A DNA stretch of 64,000 nucleotides from positions 32,001-96,000 of IMG/VR virus record IMGVR_UViG_3300032312_001422. One strand, 5' to 3'. The stretch comes from a virus. Its lineage: Duplodnaviria > Caudoviricetes. The position numbers and the translations under genes are program-made. The notes under the pieces are model-generated. The model was not told where the DNA came from. It saw only the letters and a program-made list of their open reading frames with translations, and did not search any database. Shown here in pieces: positions 54,889 through 63,669 of this stretch. Every line of letters begins with the position of its first letter. Position 1 is the stretch's first letter.

Positions 54889-55809
54889 TTGAAAATAGCA
54901 TTAGGCAGTGATATACATTTAGAATTTGGCCCCATTACCTTGGATAATACTGAAGGTGCCGATGTGTTAGTTCTTGCTGGCGATATCTGCGTGGCCAAAC
55001 ATTTTGTTGATGGTGGCCCTACCTATGTGCAACACCTAGCCAAGGAATACAGGCAGTTTTTTGATCATGTGTGTCGAGAGTTCCCTCAAGTGGTGTATAT
55101 CATGGGCAATCACGAACACTACTCAGGCGACGTTGCTCATACTTATAATATTCTTCGGGAACATCTAGACTACGGTAACCTACACATTCTTGAAAAAGAA
55201 ACATGGACGCATCAAGGACATACCTTTGTTGGTGGTACCTTATGGACTGACATGAACCGAGAAGACGGAACTGCAATGAGCTATGCTCAGTCAGCAATGA
55301 ACGACTTCTGCGAAGTACTCAACAGCAATAGAATGGTTGTTAGACAAGTTCCCGTCTACGAACGAAATCCCTTATGGACTGGTGACGGCAAGAACGGTGG
55401 TCAGTACAGCAAAGACGCAACAGGCGCCATGATCAATATTGGCTATAAGAGCAAGGAAGAGCCAGCACGTTGGACTCCGGAAGATAGTGTAGCAGATCAT
55501 CAGAAAATGTTGGATTATATCAACATTGTTACCAGAGAACCTGGTAGCTATATTGTGGTAGGACATCATTGTCCCAGTGAGTTGAGTGTGGCTGAAATGT
55601 ACAAAGGTAACTTGTTAAATGCCGCATTCCGTAGCGGATTGGATGATTTTATTGAAGCTCGTCCACAGATCAAGTTATGGTTACATGGCCATACGCATTA
55701 TAACTTTAACTATTGGATTGGTGAAACTAGGGTAGTATGTAACCCTAGAGGCTATATTGGGCATGAGGCTAGTGCTGATTGGTTTAAATTACAGTATTTG
55801 GAGGTCTGA
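54889..55809 (+). CDS. Calcineurin-like metallophosphoesterase
   Basis: SDIHLE, LAGDI, GNHEHY, GHH, HGHTH, NPRGY. Confidence 0.9.
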   Translation: MKIALGSDIHLEFGPITLDNTEGADVLVLAGDICVAKHFVDGGPTYVQHLAKEYRQFFDHVCREFPQVVYIMGNHEHYSGDVAHTYNILREHLDYGNLHILEKETWTHQGHTFVGGTLWTDMNREDGTAMSYAQSAMNDFCEVLNSNRMVVRQVPVYERNPLWTGDGKNGGQYSKDATGAMINIGYKSKEEPARWTPEDSVADHQKMLDYINIVTREPGSYIVVGHHCPSELSVAEMYKGNLLNAAFRSGLDDFIEARPQIKLWLHGHTHYNFNYWIGETRVVCNPRGYIGHEASADWFKLQYLEV

Positions 55810-55991
55810 TGCAAGTCAAAGAATATACAGTATTGGTTGATTGTGTTGAGCGTGGCGTAACTTTTGGTATGGCTCGTGCATACAAGCACAGTGACACTCC
55901 TACGCCCGACAGTATTAAGCAACAGATAGCGGATGCAGTTCTACTAGAAATATCCGAATACTTTAATTTTAAGGAAGAACACGATGAGTGA
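55809..55991 (+). CDS. Hypothetical protein
   Basis: TGATG-coupled. Confidence 0.6.
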   Translation: MQVKEYTVLVDCVERGVTFGMARAYKHSDTPTPDSIKQQIADAVLLEISEYFNFKEEHDE

Positions 55992-56364
55992 GTATTCGCC
56001 GGACCGTTGGGTCGTTGTAAAAATTGTCACCGCCAAAGAACACTTGTACAAAGTGTTTGCTTGTTGGCACGGTGGTTATACTGGATCAGACAGTTGGCAG
56101 ATGAACTCAGGTATAACTCAAGCCACACTTGTTGACAACCGCTGGGAGTTTAAAGGCTACTCAGGATCTGTGTACAGTTGCCATAAGGAATCCTATGGCA
56201 CCAATGGATATGGTGGCACGGTGCTACAAGGTTTCATTGACCGGATGCCCGGCCAAGGAGCCCGAATGGAAATCATGCCTAGCGCCACAGACTGGGCCAC
56301 GCTAGACTATGATCCCTTACAGCAATGGATCAACTCTGGTATAGAGAAGGAAAATGTTAAATGA
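55984..56364 (+). CDS. Hypothetical protein
   Basis: PDRWVVVKI...GGY..SDSW..NSGI. Confidence 0.7.
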   Translation: MSEYSPDRWVVVKIVTAKEHLYKVFACWHGGYTGSDSWQMNSGITQATLVDNRWEFKGYSGSVYSCHKESYGTNGYGGTVLQGFIDRMPGQGARMEIMPSATDWATLDYDPLQQWINSGIEKENVK

Positions 56365-56534
56365 CAAGACTCAGTTGGATCACAACCATAGTAGAAGATC
56401 CTGATCATCCAGGTGAAATGTTACTGGACATTGGCGAAGCTTGTAAAGAACTTGGCTGGGCAGAAGGTGACACTATTGAGTGGATTGACAACAAGGATGG
56501 AACTTGGACACTGAGAAGAAAAGAGAAAAAATGA
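56361..56534 (+). CDS. AbrB/MazE-like small protein (57 aa, absent from ORF track)
   Basis: ELGWAEGDTIEWIDNKDGTWTL. Confidence 0.65.
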   Translation: MTRLSWITTIVEDPDHPGEMLLDIGEACKELGWAEGDTIEWIDNKDGTWTLRRKEKK

Positions 56535-56845
56535 CATATCATATTGTGTACGAAAATGCTGTAGTAGAAGATTTAGATATCAGAGACCGTGAACGTGAGA
56601 TCACTCACTTGCTGTACGAGCACGATTGCGAAGTAACATTTGTCAAGAAGGACGGCACAGTCCGCACCATGCCTTGTACTTTGCGTAAAGAAGCCATGCC
56701 CAAGCGTGACGCTGAAAAGTTGCACGAAACTCGACTATACAAACCTGAAACCATTACCGCATGGTGCCTGGACAAGGCAGAATGGCGTGCCTTCAAAACT
56801 GCCAACGTACGAGAGATCAGAATACTTGATGCCGAGAAGCAATGA
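56531..56845 (+). CDS. WYL_2/SH3-like beta-barrel protein
   Basis: VTFVKKDGTVRTMPCTL...WCLDKAEWRAF. Confidence 0.7.
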   Translation: MTYHIVYENAVVEDLDIRDREREITHLLYEHDCEVTFVKKDGTVRTMPCTLRKEAMPKRDAEKLHETRLYKPETITAWCLDKAEWRAFKTANVREIRILDAEKQ

Positions 56846-57236
56846 ATTTGACATGAGTCGTGACATGCAGGACTGTCAGTGGTTCAAAGACAAAGTCCGT
56901 GCCAGTAACTCCTATGCTCAAAATTTATATGCTGCCATGTGTAATACGCAATGGCAACGAGCCGAAATATGGCCTGTACTTCGAGATGAATACTGGTCGT
57001 GCAGTTGGCGTAGTGCTGGCGGTATAGTAGCCAATCTCAGAGCCTGTGGAGAAGATTACATGGACTACTATTGTTCGGGCATGGGCGGATTTAGTGCCCT
57101 CGATGATGAAACTGAAGAAGAAGCCCAGACACACTTTAAGGCCAGAGGATTTGTACCCGAAGAAGAAATAACCGATGAAATACGCAACGACCTTGCCCAG
57201 CTAGGATGGCATCCAGTAATTGTACCCAGGACCTAA
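56829..57236 (+). CDS. Hypothetical protein, paralog of 58076-58450
   Basis: YAQNLYAAMCN...SWRSAGGIVA...YYCSG. Confidence 0.7.
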   Translation: MPRSNEFDMSRDMQDCQWFKDKVRASNSYAQNLYAAMCNTQWQRAEIWPVLRDEYWSCSWRSAGGIVANLRACGEDYMDYYCSGMGGFSALDDETEEEAQTHFKARGFVPEEEITDEIRNDLAQLGWHPVIVPRT

Positions 57237-57239
57237 TAA

Positions 57240-57476
57240 ATGAAAACACAAGACATAGAAAAACTGTTGATTGGCAGTATCAAAGAAGTATTGCAAGACC
57301 CAAAATACTTTTATCAGTCAACTGTGGGTCCAGATTATTGCCATTTGACAGCGGTGGGCAATGATGTTATACTTGAAACAATTAATATCTTAGGATCCAG
57401 AATGTTGTTGGCAATGATGCTGGAAGATGTAGAACGCAGTAAACAGTTGGTATTAGACAATCTCAAAGGAAATTAA
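57240..57476 (+). CDS. Hypothetical protein
   Basis: 78-aa ORF in gene string. Confidence 0.6.
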   Translation: MKTQDIEKLLIGSIKEVLQDPKYFYQSTVGPDYCHLTAVGNDVILETINILGSRMLLAMMLEDVERSKQLVLDNLKGN

Positions 57477-57477
57477 A

Positions 57478-57642
57478 ATGGCATATGATCCACGTGCAGT
57501 AAAAGTATCAAAATCAGTAAAACGAGTGGCCGCAACAATAACCGACAAGGCACAACGCCGTGATTTTATACGTGGTTATGTTCAGGCCGAAGCCGCAAAT
57601 GCTCGAGCAGGTGCAAGTCGTCGCCGGGATAAAAACGAATAA
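57478..57642 (+). CDS. Small basic hypothetical protein (54 aa, absent from ORF track)
   Basis: MAYDPRAVKVSKSVKRVAA...; AAGGA RBS. Confidence 0.55.
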   Translation: MAYDPRAVKVSKSVKRVAATITDKAQRRDFIRGYVQAEAANARAGASRRRDKNE

Positions 57643-57739
57643 AACGGTTTGGTAAAATTAGTTGTTGCATTGTGCCAAAAAATAGTGCATAATATATTCA
57701 TGCTGTTGATTAACAGCGTTTAACTTAAAGGAAATTAAC

Positions 57740-58006
57740 ATGTTTGATCTTTCAACAAAACAAGGTAAGTTGTTTAACGCACTAGTATTAAAGGGTGAAA
57801 CTTTGACAGCGAGCCAAATCGCCAAGCGTTTCTCCATCAAGAACCCAACCGCTACAATCAGCGACATTCGTCATGCTGGTTTTGCTATCTATGGCAACAA
57901 GCGTGTGGCAGGCAACGGTGTTCAAGTAACTGAATATCGTCATGGTAAAGCAAGCCGTCGTTTGGTTGCTGCTGGTTACAAAGCATTGGCAGCTGGTTTA
58001 GTTTAA
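57740..58006 (+). CDS. Winged helix-turn-helix DNA-binding protein
   Basis: GETLTASQIAKRFSIKNPTATISDIRHAG; own promoter and AAGGA RBS. Confidence 0.7.
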   Translation: MFDLSTKQGKLFNALVLKGETLTASQIAKRFSIKNPTATISDIRHAGFAIYGNKRVAGNGVQVTEYRHGKASRRLVAAGYKALAAGLV

Positions 58007-58026
58007 TAAACCGTAACAAAACTGTC

Positions 58027-58054
58027 AAAAAAGCACCGTTCGCGGTGCTTTTTT
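58027..58054 (+). terminator. Intrinsic terminator
   Basis: AAAAAAGCACCG-TTCG-CGGTGCTTTTTT. Confidence 0.9.
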
Positions 58055-58075
58055 TATGAGCCCATTAAATACTTT

Positions 58076-58450
58076 ATGGGTCGCAAAGTTTTTAATCTTG
58101 AGCGTGATATCCGTAGTACAGATTGGATCATATCCAAAGTACGACAGCAAGAAATCTATGCCCAAAATTTATATGCCGCACTTTGCAACAATGAATATGT
58201 GCCACAGGATGTTTGGGGCATACTTAAAAATATACATTGGGACTGCACCTGGCGTTATGCGGCCAGTTTGGTAGCTGAAATACGTGAAGATGACAGTTAC
58301 ATAGATTGGTACTGCTCAGGTACCGGATTTGCCGGTACAGACTTTACTGGCTTTGTTGAAGAAAGCTATGTGACAGAAGAAGTAGAATACGACTTTAATC
58401 AAATTGGATGGTTACTGACAACTCGCCGATATTTTGATCTCCCAAACTAA
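58076..58450 (+). CDS. Hypothetical protein, paralog of 56829-57236
   Basis: YAQNLYAALCN...TWRYAASLVA...WYCSG. Confidence 0.7.
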   Translation: MGRKVFNLERDIRSTDWIISKVRQQEIYAQNLYAALCNNEYVPQDVWGILKNIHWDCTWRYAASLVAEIREDDSYIDWYCSGTGFAGTDFTGFVEESYVTEEVEYDFNQIGWLLTTRRYFDLPN

Positions 58451-58521
58451 ATAGCCGGCATTGAACTAATCTAGTTGACTTTGTGACACAAAGGCCTTAT
58501 ACTACAGTATAGGGATTTTTT

Positions 58522-58947
58522 ATGGCAAGAACAAAAAAACAAAATTCGGTACAAATATCAGCTGGGGGATATACTTTAAGTCCCACCTATTCAACCGCGT
58601 TTCCGGGTAGCAGTTACTCTAATATAACTATCACAGGTGGCGGAACTGCCTATAGCACAGGCACAAGCGCCAGTACCTGGGCCACCAATATCACATTGGA
58701 TCCGTATTATACCAAAAAACCCAAAGTTGAAATAACCGACACAGACTTGGTCATTGATGGCCTAAGTCTCAAGGATTTCATGCGTTCCGTGCAGAAAGAG
58801 CTATTGATCCCAGGTCGGCTCAACCGAAACGCCGAACTTGAAACGGAGTTTGCAGAACTCAAGGCAGCAGCCAAACATTATCACAAACTCGAAGAAAAGT
58901 TTTTGGAACAAAAAGCCATGTGGGAAACACTCAAAAAAACTGACTAG
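58522..58947 (+). CDS. Hypothetical protein
   Basis: S/T/G-rich N-terminus, C-terminal coiled coil. Confidence 0.65.
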   Translation: MARTKKQNSVQISAGGYTLSPTYSTAFPGSSYSNITITGGGTAYSTGTSASTWATNITLDPYYTKKPKVEITDTDLVIDGLSLKDFMRSVQKELLIPGRLNRNAELETEFAELKAAAKHYHKLEEKFLEQKAMWETLKKTD

Positions 58948-58973
58948 TAAATTGTTTTAATGTATAATAAGGT

Positions 58974-59147
58974 ATGACTACTGTAACCTTAGATTGTAAA
59001 AACAAAAACGTACATGAAATTATCAGTTGGTGCGACAACCAATTTCCCAAAGCATGGGATTGGCGTAGCCAATTTCCTAGTTATCGTTATGATTTTATTC
59101 TTCCCAACGAACAAGCAGCCATGCACTTTAAACTAAGGTGGCAATGA
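58974..59147 (+). CDS. Small protein of FxLKW family (57 aa, absent from ORF track)
   Basis: ...NEQAAMHFKLRWQ. Confidence 0.6.
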   Translation: MTTVTLDCKNKNVHEIISWCDNQFPKAWDWRSQFPSYRYDFILPNEQAAMHFKLRWQ

Positions 59148-59404
59148 CAATAACCATTAGAGTGCCTTGGTCGGATCCCTACAACAAAGACTTTATGTGG
59201 AACGAGTTGTTGGCATGGACTTGCGAAACCTACGGACTTCCCGGAGATGCAACTTGGCGTTATCATCCCAATGCTGACTGGATGGACTTTCACTTTTATA
59301 CTGACAACGATGCCATGATGTTTCAACTTAAAACCAATGGCCAACGCTGGGATCAACAAGAACAAGCAGTGGATCTAATGGGGGTGTACATCAATGGTAG
59401 TTAA
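59144..59404 (+). CDS. Small protein of FxLKW family
   Basis: FHFYTDNDAMMFQLK. Confidence 0.65.
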   Translation: MTITIRVPWSDPYNKDFMWNELLAWTCETYGLPGDATWRYHPNADWMDFHFYTDNDAMMFQLKTNGQRWDQQEQAVDLMGVYINGS

Positions 59405-59660
59405 TGTGGTATTTCATACATTCAGAATGGGCGATGTTGAAGATCCTTATTTGTATGCGGCACATCCTATATACGAGTGGCAACAGACTGAACACGGTCG
59501 GTGGGTCATGGATCATACTGTGGGAGAACCTACATTTTGGTGTAATCCCGATCCTGCAAGTTTTGGATATCGTGTGGCCATACAAGGCAAATTAGAAGAA
59601 AAAGATTACACCTTCTTCAAATTAAAATGGGGCAACTGTGCTGAAAATTACCGCCGCTGA
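59394..59660 (+). CDS. Small protein of FxLKW family
   Basis: EKDYTFFKLKW. Confidence 0.65.
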   Translation: MVVNVVFHTFRMGDVEDPYLYAAHPIYEWQQTEHGRWVMDHTVGEPTFWCNPDPASFGYRVAIQGKLEEKDYTFFKLKWGNCAENYRR

Positions 59661-59868
59661 ATATGATGAGTTCCTTAAACATTTGGCATGGACCAGACTT
59701 AAATCGCCGGACTACAGGTTTGGCCAAGCGTTCTTAAACTATTTTCCTGACATACGTGACATCATGGAACATAGTGGTGACCATGGTAGCCAAGGTGCAG
59801 CACATTTATTCTACGAAGAATGGGAACCTACAGCACGAGCACGATGCGAATCATGGGTAGAGAAATGA
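59638..59868 (+). CDS. Hypothetical protein
   Basis: YRFGQAFLNYF motif. Confidence 0.6.
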   Translation: MLKITAAEYDEFLKHLAWTRLKSPDYRFGQAFLNYFPDIRDIMEHSGDHGSQGAAHLFYEEWEPTARARCESWVEK

Positions 59869-59896
59869 TCAACTATTATAAAGACATTACATCTCC

Positions 59897-60208
59897 GTGA
59901 CAAAACATGTGACCAAAATCACCGAGCAATTGAACTTAATAGAAGTCAGGAACAATGGCGAAACACTAACGTTCCTTAACGGAACTATACAAATGGATAG
60001 TAAAAACAGATTTATACCTGCCCGTGGACCCTTAGATGGTAATTACTTGTTGATTATCGAAGACTATGCTTGGTGGCATGTTAATCATTATGATGTCACA
60101 GAATGGATGCAAGAAAACTTGCCACGTGGAGAAGATCATTGTGCCGGCATGGTTATACATTTCGATAATGAAGAACAACGTACTTGGTTTACGCTTAAAT
60201 GGTCATGA
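59897..60208 (+). CDS. Small protein of FxLKW family
   Basis: FDNEEQRTWFTLKWS. Confidence 0.6.
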   Translation: MTKHVTKITEQLNLIEVRNNGETLTFLNGTIQMDSKNRFIPARGPLDGNYLLIIEDYAWWHVNHYDVTEWMQENLPRGEDHCAGMVIHFDNEEQRTWFTLKWS

Positions 60209-60238
60209 TAAATACTTGTTCAACTAAAGAGATCTCAG

Positions 60239-61816
60239 ATGAAAGTTAAAAAAATCATAGTCGTAGGCGGCGGAACCGCGGGCTGGCTCAGTGCTGGTTT
60301 TTTGTCGAATCAACTGCCCGGCATAGAAATCACTGTGATACACAGTAAAGAAGTTCCTATCATTGGTGTAGGCGAAACCACAGTACCACAGTTCCGTAAT
60401 CATTTGGAAAAAATGGGCTTACAAGAAGATGTATGGATGCGTGAGTCGGGTAGTACGTTCAAGTACGGAGTTACTTTTGATGGATGGCGTACAGGCACCG
60501 ATACTCGCTGGCACGGCTTTGGTGATTTTATCACAGAAAAAGGTATTAGTCACAGCGTAGACGAATTTGGCAAGCGTGTTAGTTGTGCCAAAGACGACTC
60601 TGTACTAGTAGCTGACTACTGGATTGAGATGCTCAAGCGTGGCATTGTCACAGAAGCGGATTACTATCAATACGCATCAGACACATATCATCTAGTACAA
60701 AATCGTCGTGCTCACAGAGACCTAGCAGGACACCAGTATTCAAGTCGTGTGCCCGGCTATGCTTACAACATCAACGCATTCAAAGTTGGCCAAACTATTC
60801 GAGACAAGGTGGCCTTTCCCAACGGTGTTCGTGCCCTAGAGCGTCATATCGTACGAGTTGATCGTAACGAACGTGAAGAAGTCACAGGCATTGTGGACGA
60901 TAGCGGGGAAACACATACCGCAGACTTGTACATTGACTGTACCGGTTTTAAACGATTGCTAATTGGGCCCGTGGCCAAATGGGTCAGTTACGAAGATCGA
61001 CTACCTTGTAAAAATGCCATTGGCGGTCGTGTAAACTATCAAGGCAAACAAGAAGAATTCTGCGTACCTAACCTGCATGCCACAGCATTCAAGCACGGTT
61101 GGTCTTGGCGTGTTCCCTTGCGTGACGACATGGGTTCGGGTTATGTTTATGATACACGTTATACTACCACCGAACAGGCAATTGAAGAGCTAGGTGCTTA
61201 CTGGCGTAATCTAGGGATGGAGTGGGATCATAAAGTTACCTTAAAATTTGATAATGGTATTTTAGATCGTTCAGCACACCGCAACGTTATTGCTTGTGGC
61301 TTAAGTTCAAACTTCCTGGAACCCCTAGAAGCAACCAGTATCAGTTTCACTACACTTATCAATGAGCTAGTAGTAGCAGTATTGAAGAAACATGACAATC
61401 AATGGGATGACAAAAATGCCGAAGTTATTAGCAGACTTATGCACCGAGAAGTTAAGATCACTGGAGACTTCCTATGGGCACACTATGCCTTGACAGAACG
61501 TAGCGACACAGAGTTCTGGCGTGAGCAAGCTACCAAACGTGAGGAAGCTGTGGACATGGTACACGGATGGTTTGGTCGACATTTTAGCGATATCTATCGT
61601 AGAGAAAAAGACTTTGACCACACACGTTATAACAAGTACGATTGGGCACAGACTATTACTACCATGCGAGCATTTGCGGATTGTCCTACTAGACCTATTA
61701 ACGAAGCATTATTGCCACGTGCAAAACTATGGTATCAACATCGCGATGAAATGGCACGTGGTGTTTTAGACTTGGTGCCAACACACTGGGAATTGATCAA
61801 ATATATCAATAGATAA
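60239..61816 (+). CDS. Flavin-dependent (tryptophan) halogenase family protein
   Basis: GGGTAG, IGVGETT, TFKYG, DCTGF, WSWRVP, FLEPLEATSI. Confidence 0.9.
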   Translation: MKVKKIIVVGGGTAGWLSAGFLSNQLPGIEITVIHSKEVPIIGVGETTVPQFRNHLEKMGLQEDVWMRESGSTFKYGVTFDGWRTGTDTRWHGFGDFITEKGISHSVDEFGKRVSCAKDDSVLVADYWIEMLKRGIVTEADYYQYASDTYHLVQNRRAHRDLAGHQYSSRVPGYAYNINAFKVGQTIRDKVAFPNGVRALERHIVRVDRNEREEVTGIVDDSGETHTADLYIDCTGFKRLLIGPVAKWVSYEDRLPCKNAIGGRVNYQGKQEEFCVPNLHATAFKHGWSWRVPLRDDMGSGYVYDTRYTTTEQAIEELGAYWRNLGMEWDHKVTLKFDNGILDRSAHRNVIACGLSSNFLEPLEATSISFTTLINELVVAVLKKHDNQWDDKNAEVISRLMHREVKITGDFLWAHYALTERSDTEFWREQATKREEAVDMVHGWFGRHFSDIYRREKDFDHTRYNKYDWAQTITTMRAFADCPTRPINEALLPRAKLWYQHRDEMARGVLDLVPTHWELIKYINR

Positions 61817-62064
61817 TGCACGTAAACAATTACACCCTTCCTAGGCCGCCAGAACAAGCGTTGAATCAGTGTCATGCAGTTTACATCAATGATCCAGCAT
61901 TTCGTATGTGGGCTATGAAGAAGTACTGTAGAGAAAATAATTTAAGTTTGATGTGGTCGGAGTTGGTCGATACTTCGGATGTCAGTGCTATGTTTGACGA
62001 AGTTGCTGCTTTTTATTTTACAGAAGCACGAGATGCCACCCTGTTTAGTTTAAAGTTTAAATGA
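61816..62064 (+). CDS. Small protein of FxLKW family
   Basis: FTEARDATLFSLKF. Confidence 0.65.
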   Translation: MHVNNYTLPRPPEQALNQCHAVYINDPAFRMWAMKKYCRENNLSLMWSELVDTSDVSAMFDEVAAFYFTEARDATLFSLKFK

Positions 62065-62288
62065 TAAAAGACACAAGTTGGCCGCCACCAGACTGGACTG
62101 AAGTTGTTATACCCTGGGATGAAATGTTGGTGCCAAGAACATTTAGAAAACCATTGAACATACTGAACTGGGTTGAACAACAGCCCGGCGGAAGATATCA
62201 TTTGCACGGGTGGCAAAGTACCCAAGGATTTGCATTTAGATTTGAACGTCCCGAAGATGCCACTGCTTTTAGTCTAAAATGGCAATAA
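62061..62288 (+). CDS. Small protein of FxLKW family
   Basis: FRFERPEDATAFSLKW. Confidence 0.65.
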   Translation: MIKDTSWPPPDWTEVVIPWDEMLVPRTFRKPLNILNWVEQQPGGRYHLHGWQSTQGFAFRFERPEDATAFSLKWQ

Positions 62289-62295
62289 ATATCAA

Positions 62296-62324
62296 TTGAC
62301 CAATAAATCCTTTTAATGTATAAT
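62296..62324 (+). promoter_or_regulatory. Early promoter of the same cassette family
   Basis: TTGACC-AATAAATCCTTTTAATG-TATAAT. Confidence 0.75.
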
Positions 62325-62373
62325 GTAAGTGTAGTGATAAATTTAATCGATAACTCCGGAAAAGGAACTTAAA

Positions 62374-62613
62374 ATGAACTTAAAAATCAAAGCAGTTTTA
62401 CAAATTGTTGCAATGACAGCCATGTCAATAAGCATAGGCCTAGCACTTGCCTTTTACAATCGTTTGGTAGGCGATCAGTACACCCTGTACACCCTTGCTG
62501 GCCTATGTATGGTTGCACTATTTTATTCCATGTATAAACTCTTATTGGATCGTTTGGAATACGAAGAGCAAGTCAAAAATCTCAGCGAAGATTTAAAAAA
62601 ATTCAATAAATGA
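62374..62613 (+). CDS. Small two-TM membrane protein
   Basis: Two hydrophobic helices; AAGGA RBS. Confidence 0.65.
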   Translation: MNLKIKAVLQIVAMTAMSISIGLALAFYNRLVGDQYTLYTLAGLCMVALFYSMYKLLLDRLEYEEQVKNLSEDLKKFNK

Positions 62614-63287
62614 AAATTTATAAAAGCAATTATCGTAACCACTGGGTTAGCCCATACACAGTCTTAGAGCATGTGTTCTTTTGGACTGCTTGGTCAAAGT
62701 GTGGTCGCAATCGTGGTATTGTTGAAGATGCGGACTATGTGGAACATCCGGCCTGGGTAGAACGTGCTACAGAATATATCAGTCCTATCTGCCGTGCTGT
62801 ACAATTGGTGCTGGACTTTGTTCATCCACCTATCAACTACATACGGATTGATCGTTACGACACCTGGAGTATGGATCATACACTCAGTGACATTATTCTA
62901 CCTATGTTACAACAACTGCAAGAGACCAAACATGGTGCACCTTTTGTGGATGACGAGGATGTGCCTGAGCACTTGCATAGCACAGCAGCCGAACCCAAAG
63001 AAAACGAGTGGGATACTGATTCGAATCACTTCCTACGCTGGGACTGGGTCCTGGCAGAAATGATCTGGGCCTTTGAGCAAAAGGTGGCGGACGATGCCGA
63101 AAGTCAGTTCTTTGATCATTCGGCCTATGACATTGGTAATCGTGCTGGTAGACATGCCTGGATAGATGACATCAACAACTCAGTCAGCAAAACCAAGTAT
63201 GACCAAGAAGGACACAAAAAGTGGCAGGATCGCAAGGCCAATGGATTCCGCTTGTTTGGTAAATATTTTGAAGCACTTTGGGATTAA
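62610..63287 (+). CDS. Hypothetical protein
   Basis: DTWSMDHTL...WDWVLAEMIWAF...GFRLFGKYF..LWD. Confidence 0.7.
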   Translation: MKIYKSNYRNHWVSPYTVLEHVFFWTAWSKCGRNRGIVEDADYVEHPAWVERATEYISPICRAVQLVLDFVHPPINYIRIDRYDTWSMDHTLSDIILPMLQQLQETKHGAPFVDDEDVPEHLHSTAAEPKENEWDTDSNHFLRWDWVLAEMIWAFEQKVADDAESQFFDHSAYDIGNRAGRHAWIDDINNSVSKTKYDQEGHKKWQDRKANGFRLFGKYFEALWD

Positions 63288-63291
63288 AAAC

Positions 63292-63651
63292 ATGTTTGAA
63301 AGTTTGACCATCAGTTTATTTTGGGCCATGGCAACATGGATTATAGCAAACATTATTTTAGGTGTTATGGATGCGTTCCGAGAAGTTGACACTGAACTAA
63401 CAGACAAGATACGCAAAAAATTAGATGAAATTGTGCATCGTGTTGAAGTTGAGCAACAGGGCGATACTTATTACTGGTATGATCAGGACAATCGCACGTT
63501 TCTAGCACAAGGTCGTACTATCGAAGAGCTTGTTGCAGTTATCAAAAAGCGGTTTCCGGACCACATCTTCTATTTTGAAAAATCCAACCATCTCATCTGT
63601 GCAAAACACAACTGGGAACCACAACCTGCCAGGTTGTCCGATAAATCCTAA
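63292..63651 (+). CDS. Hypothetical membrane-anchored protein
   Basis: N-terminal TM; FLAQG.TIEEL. Confidence 0.6.
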   Translation: MFESLTISLFWAMATWIIANIILGVMDAFREVDTELTDKIRKKLDEIVHRVEVEQQGDTYYWYDQDNRTFLAQGRTIEELVAVIKKRFPDHIFYFEKSNHLICAKHNWEPQPARLSDKS

Positions 63652-63669
63652 TATAGTATAATACTTTAT

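Noticed and set aside
28387-62324. CRISPR array suggested by recurring ~60-125 bp repeats
   Set aside because: Copies are dispersed over 34 kb, contain -35/-10/RBS elements and are not separated by regular spacers; no cas genes are seen
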